From the NCBI GenBank assembly GCA_963812135.1, contig CAWETU010000001.1, positions 320,001 to 384,000 on the forward strand: a DNA stretch of 64,000 bases, read 5' to 3'. The translations under genes were made by a program, and so were the position numbers. A model generated the notes under the pieces. It was given only the letters and a program-made list of their open reading frames with translations. It was not told where the DNA came from and did no database searches. Source of the DNA: Vulcanimicrobiota bacterium (GTDB lineage Bacteria > Vulcanimicrobiota > Vulcanimicrobiia > Eremiobacterales > Eremiobacteraceae). Below, piece by piece: positions 21,262 to 29,364 of the stretch (position 1 is the stretch's first letter; each line of letters starts with the position of its first letter).

Positions 21262-23856
21262 ATGAAGCGGTTTCTCGTTGCGGCGGCGCTCATCGCCGTC
21301 GCCTTTACGATTCTGCCGCTGCAGGCGCGCGCCGATGACGACGCAGCGCCGGCGGCACTCGCCAAGTTCACGGACGGGCTCACCCCGCAAAAAGGCCTGT
21401 TCACCGTGTGGCGCAAGGGCGGCAAAGTATATCTCGAGCTGACCCCCGCGCAGCTCAACCATGATTTCATTCTCAGCGCCGTGCCCGGCAACGGCTTGGG
21501 CGGCTATTTCATCTCGGCGGGCGGCGCCGACTATTTCTCACCGCACATCGTGCGGTTCGTGCGCCAAGACGACAAGATCGCGATCCTCTTCCCCAACACG
21601 ATCTTCGTCGCGCCGCCCAACACGCCTGATGCGCGCGCGATCGAGGACCAAACCGCCAAGTCGGTCGTCGGCGTGACCAAAGTCGCGGCCGTCGACGCCA
21701 CAAGCGGCGATGTCCTGATAGACGCCGCGCCGCTGCTCGGCGACGTCATCGATTTCGCCGACACCCTCAAGGCCGCGCTCGGCAACCCGGATCCGGGCAA
21801 GCTCTATCATCTTGACGCCGATCGCTCGTATTACGGACCTACCAAATCGTTTCCGGACAACACGCTGGTCGACGTGCGCCAGACGTGGACGAGCGACGAC
21901 GCGTCGATCATCGACAACGTGCCCGATCCGCGCGCCATCGAGTTCCGCATCGACTACAACTTCATCGAGCCGCCCAAAGACGGCGACTACATGCCCCGCT
22001 ACGCCGACGATCGCATCGGATTCTTCGACAACGTGCGGCTCAATTTCGGTTCCGACAAGCTGATCAATCGCCAGCAGCGCTACATCTGTCGTTGGAACAT
22101 GCAGAAGACCGATCCCAACGCGCCGATGTCGCCGGCCAAGCATCCCATGGTGTTCTACATGAGCAACACCATCCCGGACCGCTATCGCAACGCGATCCGC
22201 ACGGCGGTGCTCGAATGGAACAAGGCGTTCACTCCGCTCGGCATCAGCGATGCGGTCCAAGTCAAAGATCAGCCCAACGATCCGAACTGGGATGCCGACG
22301 ACGTCCGCTACAGCGTCTTGCGCTGGCTCACCGACTCGAACGCGAGCGGTTTTCTCGAGGCGCAGATCTACTTCGACCCGCGCACCGGCCAGGAGTTCCG
22401 CACCGGCGTCATCTTCGATGCCGATTACGTGAATTTCGGCGACCTCGCCTATCCGTTCTTCGTCGATGCGAGCCGCGGCACGTCGTTCGCCGCCCGCGAG
22501 CGATACTACGGCGCCGAGAAGCGCAACGAGGCTGGCTTCGGCGCGGTCGCCATGCGCCTGCTGGGCGATTGGCCGAGCGGCGACGTACCGCAGAAGTACA
22601 TCGACGACTTCCTCATCGACGGCACGCTGCACGAAGTGGGGCACGACATGGGCATGATGCACAACTTCATCGGCTCGCAAGCCTACAGCGCCGCGCAGGT
22701 CAAGAGCGCGGACTTCACCGCCAAGCACGGCATGTCGTCGTCGGTGATGGAGTACAACCCGATCAACTTCTGGCCCAAAGGTCAATCGCACGGCGCGCTG
22801 TTCATGACGACCATTGGCCCGTACGACTACTATGCGATCCACTGGGCGTACGCGCCGATCCCCGGCGCGCGCACGCCCGAGGACGAACTGCCGACGCTCA
22901 ATCGATGGCTCGCGCAATCGACCAATCCATGGTATCGCTTTGCATCAGACGAAGACGTGTCGTGGAACGATGCACATGCGATCGACCCGCGCGTCGTGCA
23001 GTTCGACCTCACCAACGACAACGTGAGCTGGTGCGATTCGCGCATGGATCTCGCGCGCAGCCTCCTGATGAAGCTCAACGACCGCTATCCGCGCACGCAG
23101 CACCCGTATGAAGAAGAGCGGGCCGCGTTCGGCTTCATCCTGCGCGAGTACAACCGCTGCAGCCTCGTCTTCGAGCATTACATCGGCGGCGAGTATCTCT
23201 CGCGCGCGCGGCCGGGCGACCCGGGCGCGCCCGCGCCGCTGACGCCCGTCGCGCGCAGCACGCAGCGGCGCGCGTGGGAGAACCTCGATCGCTACGTCTT
23301 CTCGGTCACCGCGATGAAGCTGCCGCCGGGCCTGCTCAACCGCTTGACGTATCAAGAGTGGGAACCGTTCCAGGGCGGCAGCTGGGCGTACGACCCGCCG
23401 GCTCGCCACGACGTGCCCATCGTCGAAGTGATCGGCGGCCTGCAGCGCTACATCTTGCGCACCCTGTATCTGCCGCTGCGTTTGCAACGGATCGACGAGA
23501 TCGTCGTGCGTGCCAAGCCGGGCAGCACGATGTCGCTAACCGACCTGTTCAACTGGACGCAGGACAGCGTGTACGGCGACTTGCGCGCGGCGCGCTTGAG
23601 CGAGGTGCCGCTGCTGACGCGCAATCTCCAAGCGGAGTACACGCGGATGCTCATCGCGATGGCGCTGACGCCCACGAGAGACACGCCAAGCGACGCGCAG
23701 GCGCTGGCTCGGGCGAAGCTTGTCAGCCTGTCGGGCACGCTGCGCGGCGCGCTCAACTCCGGTTCGCTGGACGAGATCTCGCGCGCGCACTTGGAGAACT
23801 TGCAGAACAAGGTATCGCTTGCGCTGCAAGGCCGGCAGGCCTCATCGGCGCCATAG
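21262..23856 (+). CDS. Secreted zinc-dependent metalloprotease (DUF5117/DUF4953 type)
   Basis: Signal peptide; PRYADDRIGFF; HEVGHDMGMMHN zincin motif; SVMEY Met-turn. Confidence 0.87.
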   Translation: MKRFLVAAALIAVAFTILPLQARADDDAAPAALAKFTDGLTPQKGLFTVWRKGGKVYLELTPAQLNHDFILSAVPGNGLGGYFISAGGADYFSPHIVRFVRQDDKIAILFPNTIFVAPPNTPDARAIEDQTAKSVVGVTKVAAVDATSGDVLIDAAPLLGDVIDFADTLKAALGNPDPGKLYHLDADRSYYGPTKSFPDNTLVDVRQTWTSDDASIIDNVPDPRAIEFRIDYNFIEPPKDGDYMPRYADDRIGFFDNVRLNFGSDKLINRQQRYICRWNMQKTDPNAPMSPAKHPMVFYMSNTIPDRYRNAIRTAVLEWNKAFTPLGISDAVQVKDQPNDPNWDADDVRYSVLRWLTDSNASGFLEAQIYFDPRTGQEFRTGVIFDADYVNFGDLAYPFFVDASRGTSFAARERYYGAEKRNEAGFGAVAMRLLGDWPSGDVPQKYIDDFLIDGTLHEVGHDMGMMHNFIGSQAYSAAQVKSADFTAKHGMSSSVMEYNPINFWPKGQSHGALFMTTIGPYDYYAIHWAYAPIPGARTPEDELPTLNRWLAQSTNPWYRFASDEDVSWNDAHAIDPRVVQFDLTNDNVSWCDSRMDLARSLLMKLNDRYPRTQHPYEEERAAFGFILREYNRCSLVFEHYIGGEYLSRARPGDPGAPAPLTPVARSTQRRAWENLDRYVFSVTAMKLPPGLLNRLTYQEWEPFQGGSWAYDPPARHDVPIVEVIGGLQRYILRTLYLPLRLQRIDEIVVRAKPGSTMSLTDLFNWTQDSVYGDLRAARLSEVPLLTRNLQAEYTRMLIAMALTPTRDTPSDAQALARAKLVSLSGTLRGALNSGSLDEISRAHLENLQNKVSLALQGRQASSAP

Positions 23857-23905
23857 GGGGCGACCGCGGTCACTGCAGCAAGGGCGACCTGACCGGTCGC
23901 CCTTG
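23853..23905. repeat. REP-like palindrome pair
   Basis: TAGGGGGCGACC followed by the perfect inverted repeat CAAGGGCGACC...GGTCGCCCTTG. Confidence 0.45.
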
Positions 23906-23977
23906 TCGTTCGTCACTTGCGTGCGCACACGAAGACGGCTACGCTAAGAGCGACTTGGGCACTACCAGCTGGTGAGG

Positions 23978-25138
23978 ATGTTCGTGAGCAGCTCGTCGTT
24001 TTTGCGCAACTGCCGAATCGCCGCGGTCGCCGCTGCGGCGGTCTCGATACTATTGGCTGCAGGTTGCGCGAGCGGCGGCAAGGGCGGACCGGGCCTTATC
24101 CCACCGCCGCCGACCCCGTCGCCCACGCCCGCGCCGAACGCCCACGTGCTCGTGGTGGCCAACAGCGCGATCGCGCAGAGCTTGTCGCTCGCGCAGACGT
24201 ACATGACCGGGCGCCACATACCGGCTGGCAATCTCGTCTCGGTCGCGCTCGATCCGAACCCCAACAACTTCTCGATCGTGCAGACGGCGGCGCAGCAAGA
24301 TCTGCAGACGAAGCTCTTCACACCGATCGCCAACGCGATCCAAGCGGCGCACGTCGCCGGAGGCCGAATCGACTTCGTCGTCATGATGTGGGGCACGCCG
24401 TACATCATCAGCGGAGGCGGCACGTTCAGCGGCTATAGCGTCGACGGCATCATCTCGCAGGCGACCGGCGCGTTTCCCACGACCGGCAGCGCCTTCAACC
24501 CATATTATGGTTCGACCGCGCCGTTCTCGTCGGACACCTACCACATGGTGCTCGTGACGAGGCTCGACGGCCGATCGGTGGCCGATGTCAACGGCCTCAT
24601 CACCAACGGACTAGCGTGCGATGGGACCCATCCGCATGGCGAGTTCTTCTTCGACGTCGACCCGACCAAGAGCGACGGCTACACGGTGTTCAACACCGCC
24701 ATGCAGACCGCACAGGCCCAGCTCGCGACCGCCGGGTTCGACGCGCAGATCGACAATACGATCGCGTTTGTCGCGCCGCCCACGCCGCTCATCGGATACG
24801 TGAGCTGGGGCAGCAACGATGCGCATTTCTCGCTTGCGAACTATCACGCGCTCAGGTTCGTGCCCGGCGGGATCGCCGAAACAGCCGTGAGCACGTCGGC
24901 CAGCAATATCCGCACGCCGGGCGGCGGGCAAAGCCAGATCGCCGATCTCATCAGCCAGGGTGTCACCGGCGTGCACGGCGACGTCACCGAGCCGTTCCTC
25001 AACGCGATCCCCGATCCGCCCAGCGTGTTCGCCGCCTATACGAGCGGGCGTACGCTGGGCGAATCTTTCTGGGCTGGTCTGTCCGAGATCGTCTGGAAAG
25101 AGATCGTCATCGGCGATCCGCTGTGCAAACCGTATTGA
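23978..25138 (+). CDS. TIGR03790-family lipoprotein
   Basis: Lipobox LAAGC, Pro linker, LVTRLDG, YVSWGSND, EPFL and IGDPL. Confidence 0.72.
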   Translation: MFVSSSSFLRNCRIAAVAAAAVSILLAAGCASGGKGGPGLIPPPPTPSPTPAPNAHVLVVANSAIAQSLSLAQTYMTGRHIPAGNLVSVALDPNPNNFSIVQTAAQQDLQTKLFTPIANAIQAAHVAGGRIDFVVMMWGTPYIISGGGTFSGYSVDGIISQATGAFPTTGSAFNPYYGSTAPFSSDTYHMVLVTRLDGRSVADVNGLITNGLACDGTHPHGEFFFDVDPTKSDGYTVFNTAMQTAQAQLATAGFDAQIDNTIAFVAPPTPLIGYVSWGSNDAHFSLANYHALRFVPGGIAETAVSTSASNIRTPGGGQSQIADLISQGVTGVHGDVTEPFLNAIPDPPSVFAAYTSGRTLGESFWAGLSEIVWKEIVIGDPLCKPY

Positions 25139-25221
25139 GCGTGGTTGCGTGTCCCAAAGCCGCGTTTTGAAGGTCCACGCCTAAGAGCGGCAAAGGCCGC
25201 TCGTCAAGGAGGGTGGATTTT

Positions 25222-25536
25222 ATGCATTTTATCGCTTTGTTGACGCTGCTCCAGGGTGAGAACACCAGCAACAACATGCCCGGCGCCGGGGCCGCCTTTG
25301 GCGCCTTTATGGCCGCCTACGCTATCTTCGTGATCATCATCTTGATCATCAGCCTTGTCATCAACTGGCGGATCGCCAGCAAGGCCGGCTATCCGGGCGC
25401 GTATAGCCTGCTCATGCTGATCCCGCTCGTGAACATCGTCATCATATTGATTTTCGCGTTCACCGAATGGCCGGTCGAGCGCGAGTTGAAAGCGCTGCGC
25501 GGCGGCGCCGGCAGGCCCATGACTCCGATCACCTGA
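25222..25536 (+). CDS. Small membrane protein
   Basis: Two to three TM segments with KAGYPG...LLMLIPLVN...EWP; GGAGG RBS. Confidence 0.75.
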   Translation: MHFIALLTLLQGENTSNNMPGAGAAFGAFMAAYAIFVIIILIISLVINWRIASKAGYPGAYSLLMLIPLVNIVIILIFAFTEWPVERELKALRGGAGRPMTPIT

Positions 25537-25566
25537 TCGAATCAGCAACGCTCGCGAGCTACGAAG

Positions 25567-25598
25567 AAACCCGCGCCGTCAGACCGCGCGGGTTTTTT
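25567..25598 (+). terminator. Intrinsic terminator
   Basis: AAACCCGCGC/GCGCGGGTTT stem plus T-run. Confidence 0.7.
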
Positions 25599-26179
25599 CC
25601 ATATGCTCGGTGTGCCCGTGGCGGCGCCGGTACGCGCGCGCTTTCGTGCGGTTGCCGCATACGCTCATCGAGCACCACGTGCCGGACCGGTTTTTCGTTT
25701 CGTCGTAAAACGCCCATAGGCAGCTATCGGCGGGGCAAGCCTTGAGCCTCGCCCACGAACCTTCGGCCATCGCGTCGTGCACGGTTGCGATGATCCGCCC
25801 AAGCGCGCCGTCGACGCCGGGAGCGCGCGACTCGAGTTTGGCCGTGCCCTCGGGGCCGAAGCACATCCCGAGCTGAGCGCTGCGCGCCGCGCGGTTGAGG
25901 GTTTCGAGCGCAGCCCGGATCCGGCGGCTCGCCGTTGTTGGCGAGCGTGAGCCGGCGAAGCGCCTCGCGGACGGCCGTCGCCTGCCCGACGTCGCTGGTT
26001 GAGACGGGTGCTGACCGGTCGAGCAGGCCGACGCCCGAGAGCCAGCCGCGCAAGCCGGCTGGGGTGGCTATCTCGTCAGTGCCGTGCTCGAGTTCGGCGG
26101 TGTTGATGAAGCCCTGGACAAGCGCAAGATCGCCGGGTGCCGGTTTGCTTCCCAGGTACTTCGCGAGGACGGTCTTCAC
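25579..26179 (-). CDS. ABATE/CGNR zinc-finger transcriptional regulator (+1 frameshift ~25915)
   Basis: N-terminal FINT ABATE region; C-terminal RLKAC...C...WCSMSVCGNR. Confidence 0.87.
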
Positions 26180-26185
26180 GGCGCT

Positions 26186-26291
26186 AGTATACTGTGTTAA
26201 GCGGTTATTAAGCAAGGGTTTCGTCCCGCAAAATAGGTGTGGGAAATAACTTTCTAAACATATTGACAGGTTATTCTCAGCGTACTATGAT
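26186..26291. promoter_or_regulatory. Divergent sigma70 promoters with an inverted-repeat operator
   Basis: Minus strand: TTGCTT-18-TATACT, 6 nt before the GTG at 26179. Plus strand: TTGACA (26263)-17-TATGAT (26286). AATAAC-N19-GTTATT (26245-26275) straddles the -35. Confidence 0.7.
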
Positions 26292-26336
26292 GTGTGTGCA
26301 GAGCAAGCAAACTGATCCTCGAAAGGCAGGGCCACC

Positions 26337-26468
26337 ATGGACCGGAATTCGCACCTCATCGGAATCGCACACGGCGATTACGAGCTCCCCACGACGCGCA
26401 CGGAACTGGTGCGCCTCCCCAAAGACTTCTTCAACACGATTTTCGGCGGTTGGGGCGTCCGGATCTGA
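26337..26468 (+). CDS. 43-aa microprotein (paralog A)
   Basis: MDRNSHLIGIAHGDYELPTTRTELVRLPKDFFNTIFGGWGVRI; GAAAGG RBS; consensus promoter upstream; similar to 27613-27753. Confidence 0.72.
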   Translation: MDRNSHLIGIAHGDYELPTTRTELVRLPKDFFNTIFGGWGVRI

Positions 26469-26533
26469 ACGATTAACAAGCGTTAAGCAGCGCGACGAAG
26501 GAGAGCCTTCGGGCACGACGCTAAGCGAACCAC

Positions 26534-27475
26534 ATGAGAATTCAACGAACGACTGCGACGGCGCTTAGCGCCGTCGTTTTTTTCACATTGCTCGCTGCGG
26601 TTCCAACCCGCCCTTCAGCTGCTGCCAGCGCCGATCCGGTGATTGCGGCCGCCGGCGATATCGCGTGCGACCTGCTTCCATCGGCGAAGCCTGAGGCCGA
26701 CGACGGCGGGCCGAACGTCTGCCACATGGGTGCCACCGCCAAGCTTATCGCCGGGCTGCATCCCGCCGCTGTGCTGACGTTGGGCGACGAGCAGTACGCG
26801 GACGGCTCGCTCGACCAATTCAAAAATGGCTACGAGAAGACGTGGGGCGCGTTCAAGAGCATCACCCGTCCGGCGCCCGGCAACCACGAGTATCACACGC
26901 CCGGCGCCGCAGGCTACTTCGAGTATTTCGGCGCCTCCGCCGGGGACCCGGCCAAGGGATACTACAGTTTCGACCTTGGCGGCTGGCATCTGATCGCGCT
27001 CAACGCGAACTGCAAGCAGGCTGGCGGTTGCGGGGCCGATTCGCCCGAGGTCCAATGGCTCGCGCACGATCTGGCCGGGCACCACGCGGCTTGCACGCTC
27101 GCATATTGGCACCAGCCGCGCTTCTCGTCGGGACCGCACCACAGCGACCCGACCTACGACGCGTTCTGGCGCGCGTTGTACGCCGCGCACACCGACCTCG
27201 TGCTCAACGGGCACGATCACGACTACGAGCGCTTCTCGCCCCAATCCCCCGACGCGAAACCAGACCCGTCGCTCGGCATCATGGAGATCGTGGCCGGCAC
27301 CGGCGGGCGCAGCCACTATAAGATAGGAAACATCGAGCCGAACAGCGTCGTCAGCAACGGCGTAACGTACGGCGTTTTGGCGATCACCCTACACCCGCAC
27401 GGTTTCGACTGGCGCTTCATCCCGGAGCCCGGGTCCACGTTCGCCGACTCCGGTTCCCAGGCGTGCCACGGCTGA
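26534..27475 (+). CDS. Secreted calcineurin-like metallophosphoesterase
   Basis: Signal peptide; AAGDIA, LGD, GNHEY, HQP and GHDHDYER. Confidence 0.88.
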   Translation: MRIQRTTATALSAVVFFTLLAAVPTRPSAAASADPVIAAAGDIACDLLPSAKPEADDGGPNVCHMGATAKLIAGLHPAAVLTLGDEQYADGSLDQFKNGYEKTWGAFKSITRPAPGNHEYHTPGAAGYFEYFGASAGDPAKGYYSFDLGGWHLIALNANCKQAGGCGADSPEVQWLAHDLAGHHAACTLAYWHQPRFSSGPHHSDPTYDAFWRALYAAHTDLVLNGHDHDYERFSPQSPDAKPDPSLGIMEIVAGTGGRSHYKIGNIEPNSVVSNGVTYGVLAITLHPHGFDWRFIPEPGSTFADSGSQACHG

Positions 27476-27612
27476 GGCGTTTCTCCGTACCGGGACGGAG
27501 CCAATCCCCGTGCTGGTACCGATTTGCCCAGAGCCCCAAAACCGTACCATAAGGTCAGCGAAGGCAGTGCAAGCGCCTCGCCCACACACTAAAGGAAAGG
27601 ACGCTGATCGAA

Positions 27613-27753
27613 ATGGACGCCAAGAAAGTCGACTACACGCTTGAGGACGACGCCGACCAGGAGAACGAGCTTTTGGATTCACGCTCCACACTCGTGCGGG
27701 TCCGCCGCGGTCCTGACACGTCGATCTTCCGGGGCTGGGGCCCGAAACTCTAA
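27613..27753 (+). CDS. 46-aa microprotein (paralog B)
   Basis: MDAKKVDYTLEDDADQENELLDSRSTLVRVRRGPDTSIFRGWGPKL; GAAAGGA RBS; terminator directly downstream. Confidence 0.72.
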   Translation: MDAKKVDYTLEDDADQENELLDSRSTLVRVRRGPDTSIFRGWGPKL

Positions 27754-27768
27754 TGCGGCCCGCCTGAG

Positions 27769-27796
27769 AGGGCGTCGAGAGACGCCCTTATTTTTT
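27769..27796 (+). terminator. Intrinsic terminator
   Basis: AGGGCGTC-GAGA-GACGCCCT followed by TATTTTTT. Confidence 0.8.
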
Positions 27797-27818
27797 GCGC
27801 TACGCGTTCAGAACGCGG

Positions 27819-29003
27819 CTAGCCCAGCGCGCGCAGGCCGCGCGCCAGGTCGGTTTGGATGTCGGCCACATCCTCGATGCCGACCGACATGCGCAAGAAC
27901 CCGTCGTGCAAGCCCATCGAATCGCGCATCGCTTGGGTCAGCGCGCGATGCGACGACTTGGCTGGATGCGACAACGTCGTATTCGTGCCGCCGAGACTCA
28001 ACACGAGGGTGATGCGCTCGAGTTTGGCGAGCAGCGCGTCGACCGCGGCAGCACCACCGTCGATTTCAAACGAGACCATCGCTCCGAAGCCGCGGTCGAG
28101 CACGCGGCGCGCGATCGCATGATCCGGATGCGAGCTCAGGCCAGGATAATGGACGCGCTTGACCGTGGGCTGTGCTTCGAGCCAGCGAGCCATCACCGAT
28201 GCGTTCTCAGATGCGCGCCGCATCCGCACCTCGAGCGTCTCGATTGAGCGCGTCGTCAGCCACGCGTCGAACGCGCCCGGCACCATCCCGGCGCGCAGCG
28301 CAAAGGTGCGCACGGGCGCGAGCAGATCTGCGCCTCCGGCAAGGGTCCCGATCAGCACGTCGTGGTGCCCGCCCAAGAACTTGGTGCCGCTTTCCATCGC
28401 GAGATGAGCGCCGAGCGCGAGCGGCCGGCAGTGATATGGCGTCGCAAAGGTGTTGTCGACCAGGAGCAGCGCACCGGCACGCTGCGCCGCCTGGGCCAGC
28501 GCGGGGATGTCGGCGACGCGCAGCCGGGGATTTGAGATCGTCTCCACCACCACCAGGCGCGCACCCCCGGCGAGCGCCTCCTCGACGGCCCGCAGCTCGG
28601 TCGAGTCGACATATGCGGTGCGCACGTCGAAGCGCGCAAGGTCGTCGAGCAGCCTGATCGTGTTGCCGTAGAGCTCGCGCGCCGCGACGACGCGATCGCC
28701 GCTGCGCAACAACGTGAAGAACGCGGCGGCGAATGCGGACATGCCGGCAGACATCGCAAGCGCATCTTGCGCATCTTCGAGCGACGCGACAAGCGCCTCG
28801 AGCGCGAGCAGATTCGGGTTGCCGTCGGATCCATAGATGGCGCCCGCGAGGCGACCTTCATAGATCTCATCGACTTCGGTCAGGTTGCGGAAGACCCAGC
28901 CCGCTGACTGGTAGAGAGGAGCGCGCGAGGGCCTATTGGCGGGCGTTTGCGCGTGCGCGCCGTGGACGCTGCGGGTGCCGAAGCCGTCGCCTTCGTGCGT
29001 CAT
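27819..29003 (-). CDS. Cys/Met metabolism PLP enzyme (cystathionine/methionine gamma-lyase family)
   Basis: ETISNP, VDNTFATP, SGTKFLGGHHD, SLGG and LRMSVGIED. Confidence 0.88.
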   Translation of the reverse strand: MTHEGDGFGTRSVHGAHAQTPANRPSRAPLYQSAGWVFRNLTEVDEIYEGRLAGAIYGSDGNPNLLALEALVASLEDAQDALAMSAGMSAFAAAFFTLLRSGDRVVAARELYGNTIRLLDDLARFDVRTAYVDSTELRAVEEALAGGARLVVVETISNPRLRVADIPALAQAAQRAGALLLVDNTFATPYHCRPLALGAHLAMESGTKFLGGHHDVLIGTLAGGADLLAPVRTFALRAGMVPGAFDAWLTTRSIETLEVRMRRASENASVMARWLEAQPTVKRVHYPGLSSHPDHAIARRVLDRGFGAMVSFEIDGGAAAVDALLAKLERITLVLSLGGTNTTLSHPAKSSHRALTQAMRDSMGLHDGFLRMSVGIEDVADIQTDLARGLRALG

Positions 29004-29081
29004 CGGCGACGTCTTGGCGTAAAGAAAGGGCGCCGCCTTCGCGACACCCCTCAATGTTTCCAGAACGCGATATCTAACGCG

Positions 29082-29132
29082 TTAGTGTTTCTTCTTTTTC
29101 GTTGCTTTCTTTTTTGCCTTTTTCTTTGCCAC
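29082..29132 (-). CDS. 16-aa lysine-rich micropeptide MAKKKAKKKATKKKKH
   Basis: GGAGGTGA Shine-Dalgarno 10 nt upstream of a GTG; clean TAA stop. Confidence 0.6.
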   Translation of the reverse strand: MAKKKAKKKATKKKKH

Positions 29133-29364
29133 GGTGCGCAGGTCACCTCCCTCTGAACTTCCGGTGCTCGCGGGGCGTTGCTGTACGCCACTTCATCTGT
29201 TGGTTGATCCGCCGGTGCGGAGCCGCGCGGTTATGCACGATGCCGGAGGGTACGGGGTCACGACTGGCCCACGAGAAGTGTGTTCGAGTTGGTGACGCGT
29301 TCCCCTTTTCGCTCATCAGCGCCGGGCAGGAGTCATATGCAGACGCAAACCATACTTCTATTCT

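Noticed and set aside
26466..26511. TGA of microprotein A plus a downstream hairpin as a possible Sec readthrough
   Set aside because: The paralog ends with TAA at the same aligned position, and readthrough would add only six residues.
29240..29280. GGAGGG...GACTGGCCC resembling a SAM-I riboswitch near the Cys/Met lyase
   Set aside because: It is on the wrong strand for the lyase, is interrupted, and lacks the other SAM-I elements.
29305..29322. CTGATGAG-CGAAA on the minus strand, resembling a hammerhead ribozyme core
   Set aside because: There is no room for stem II and no convincing stems I or III.
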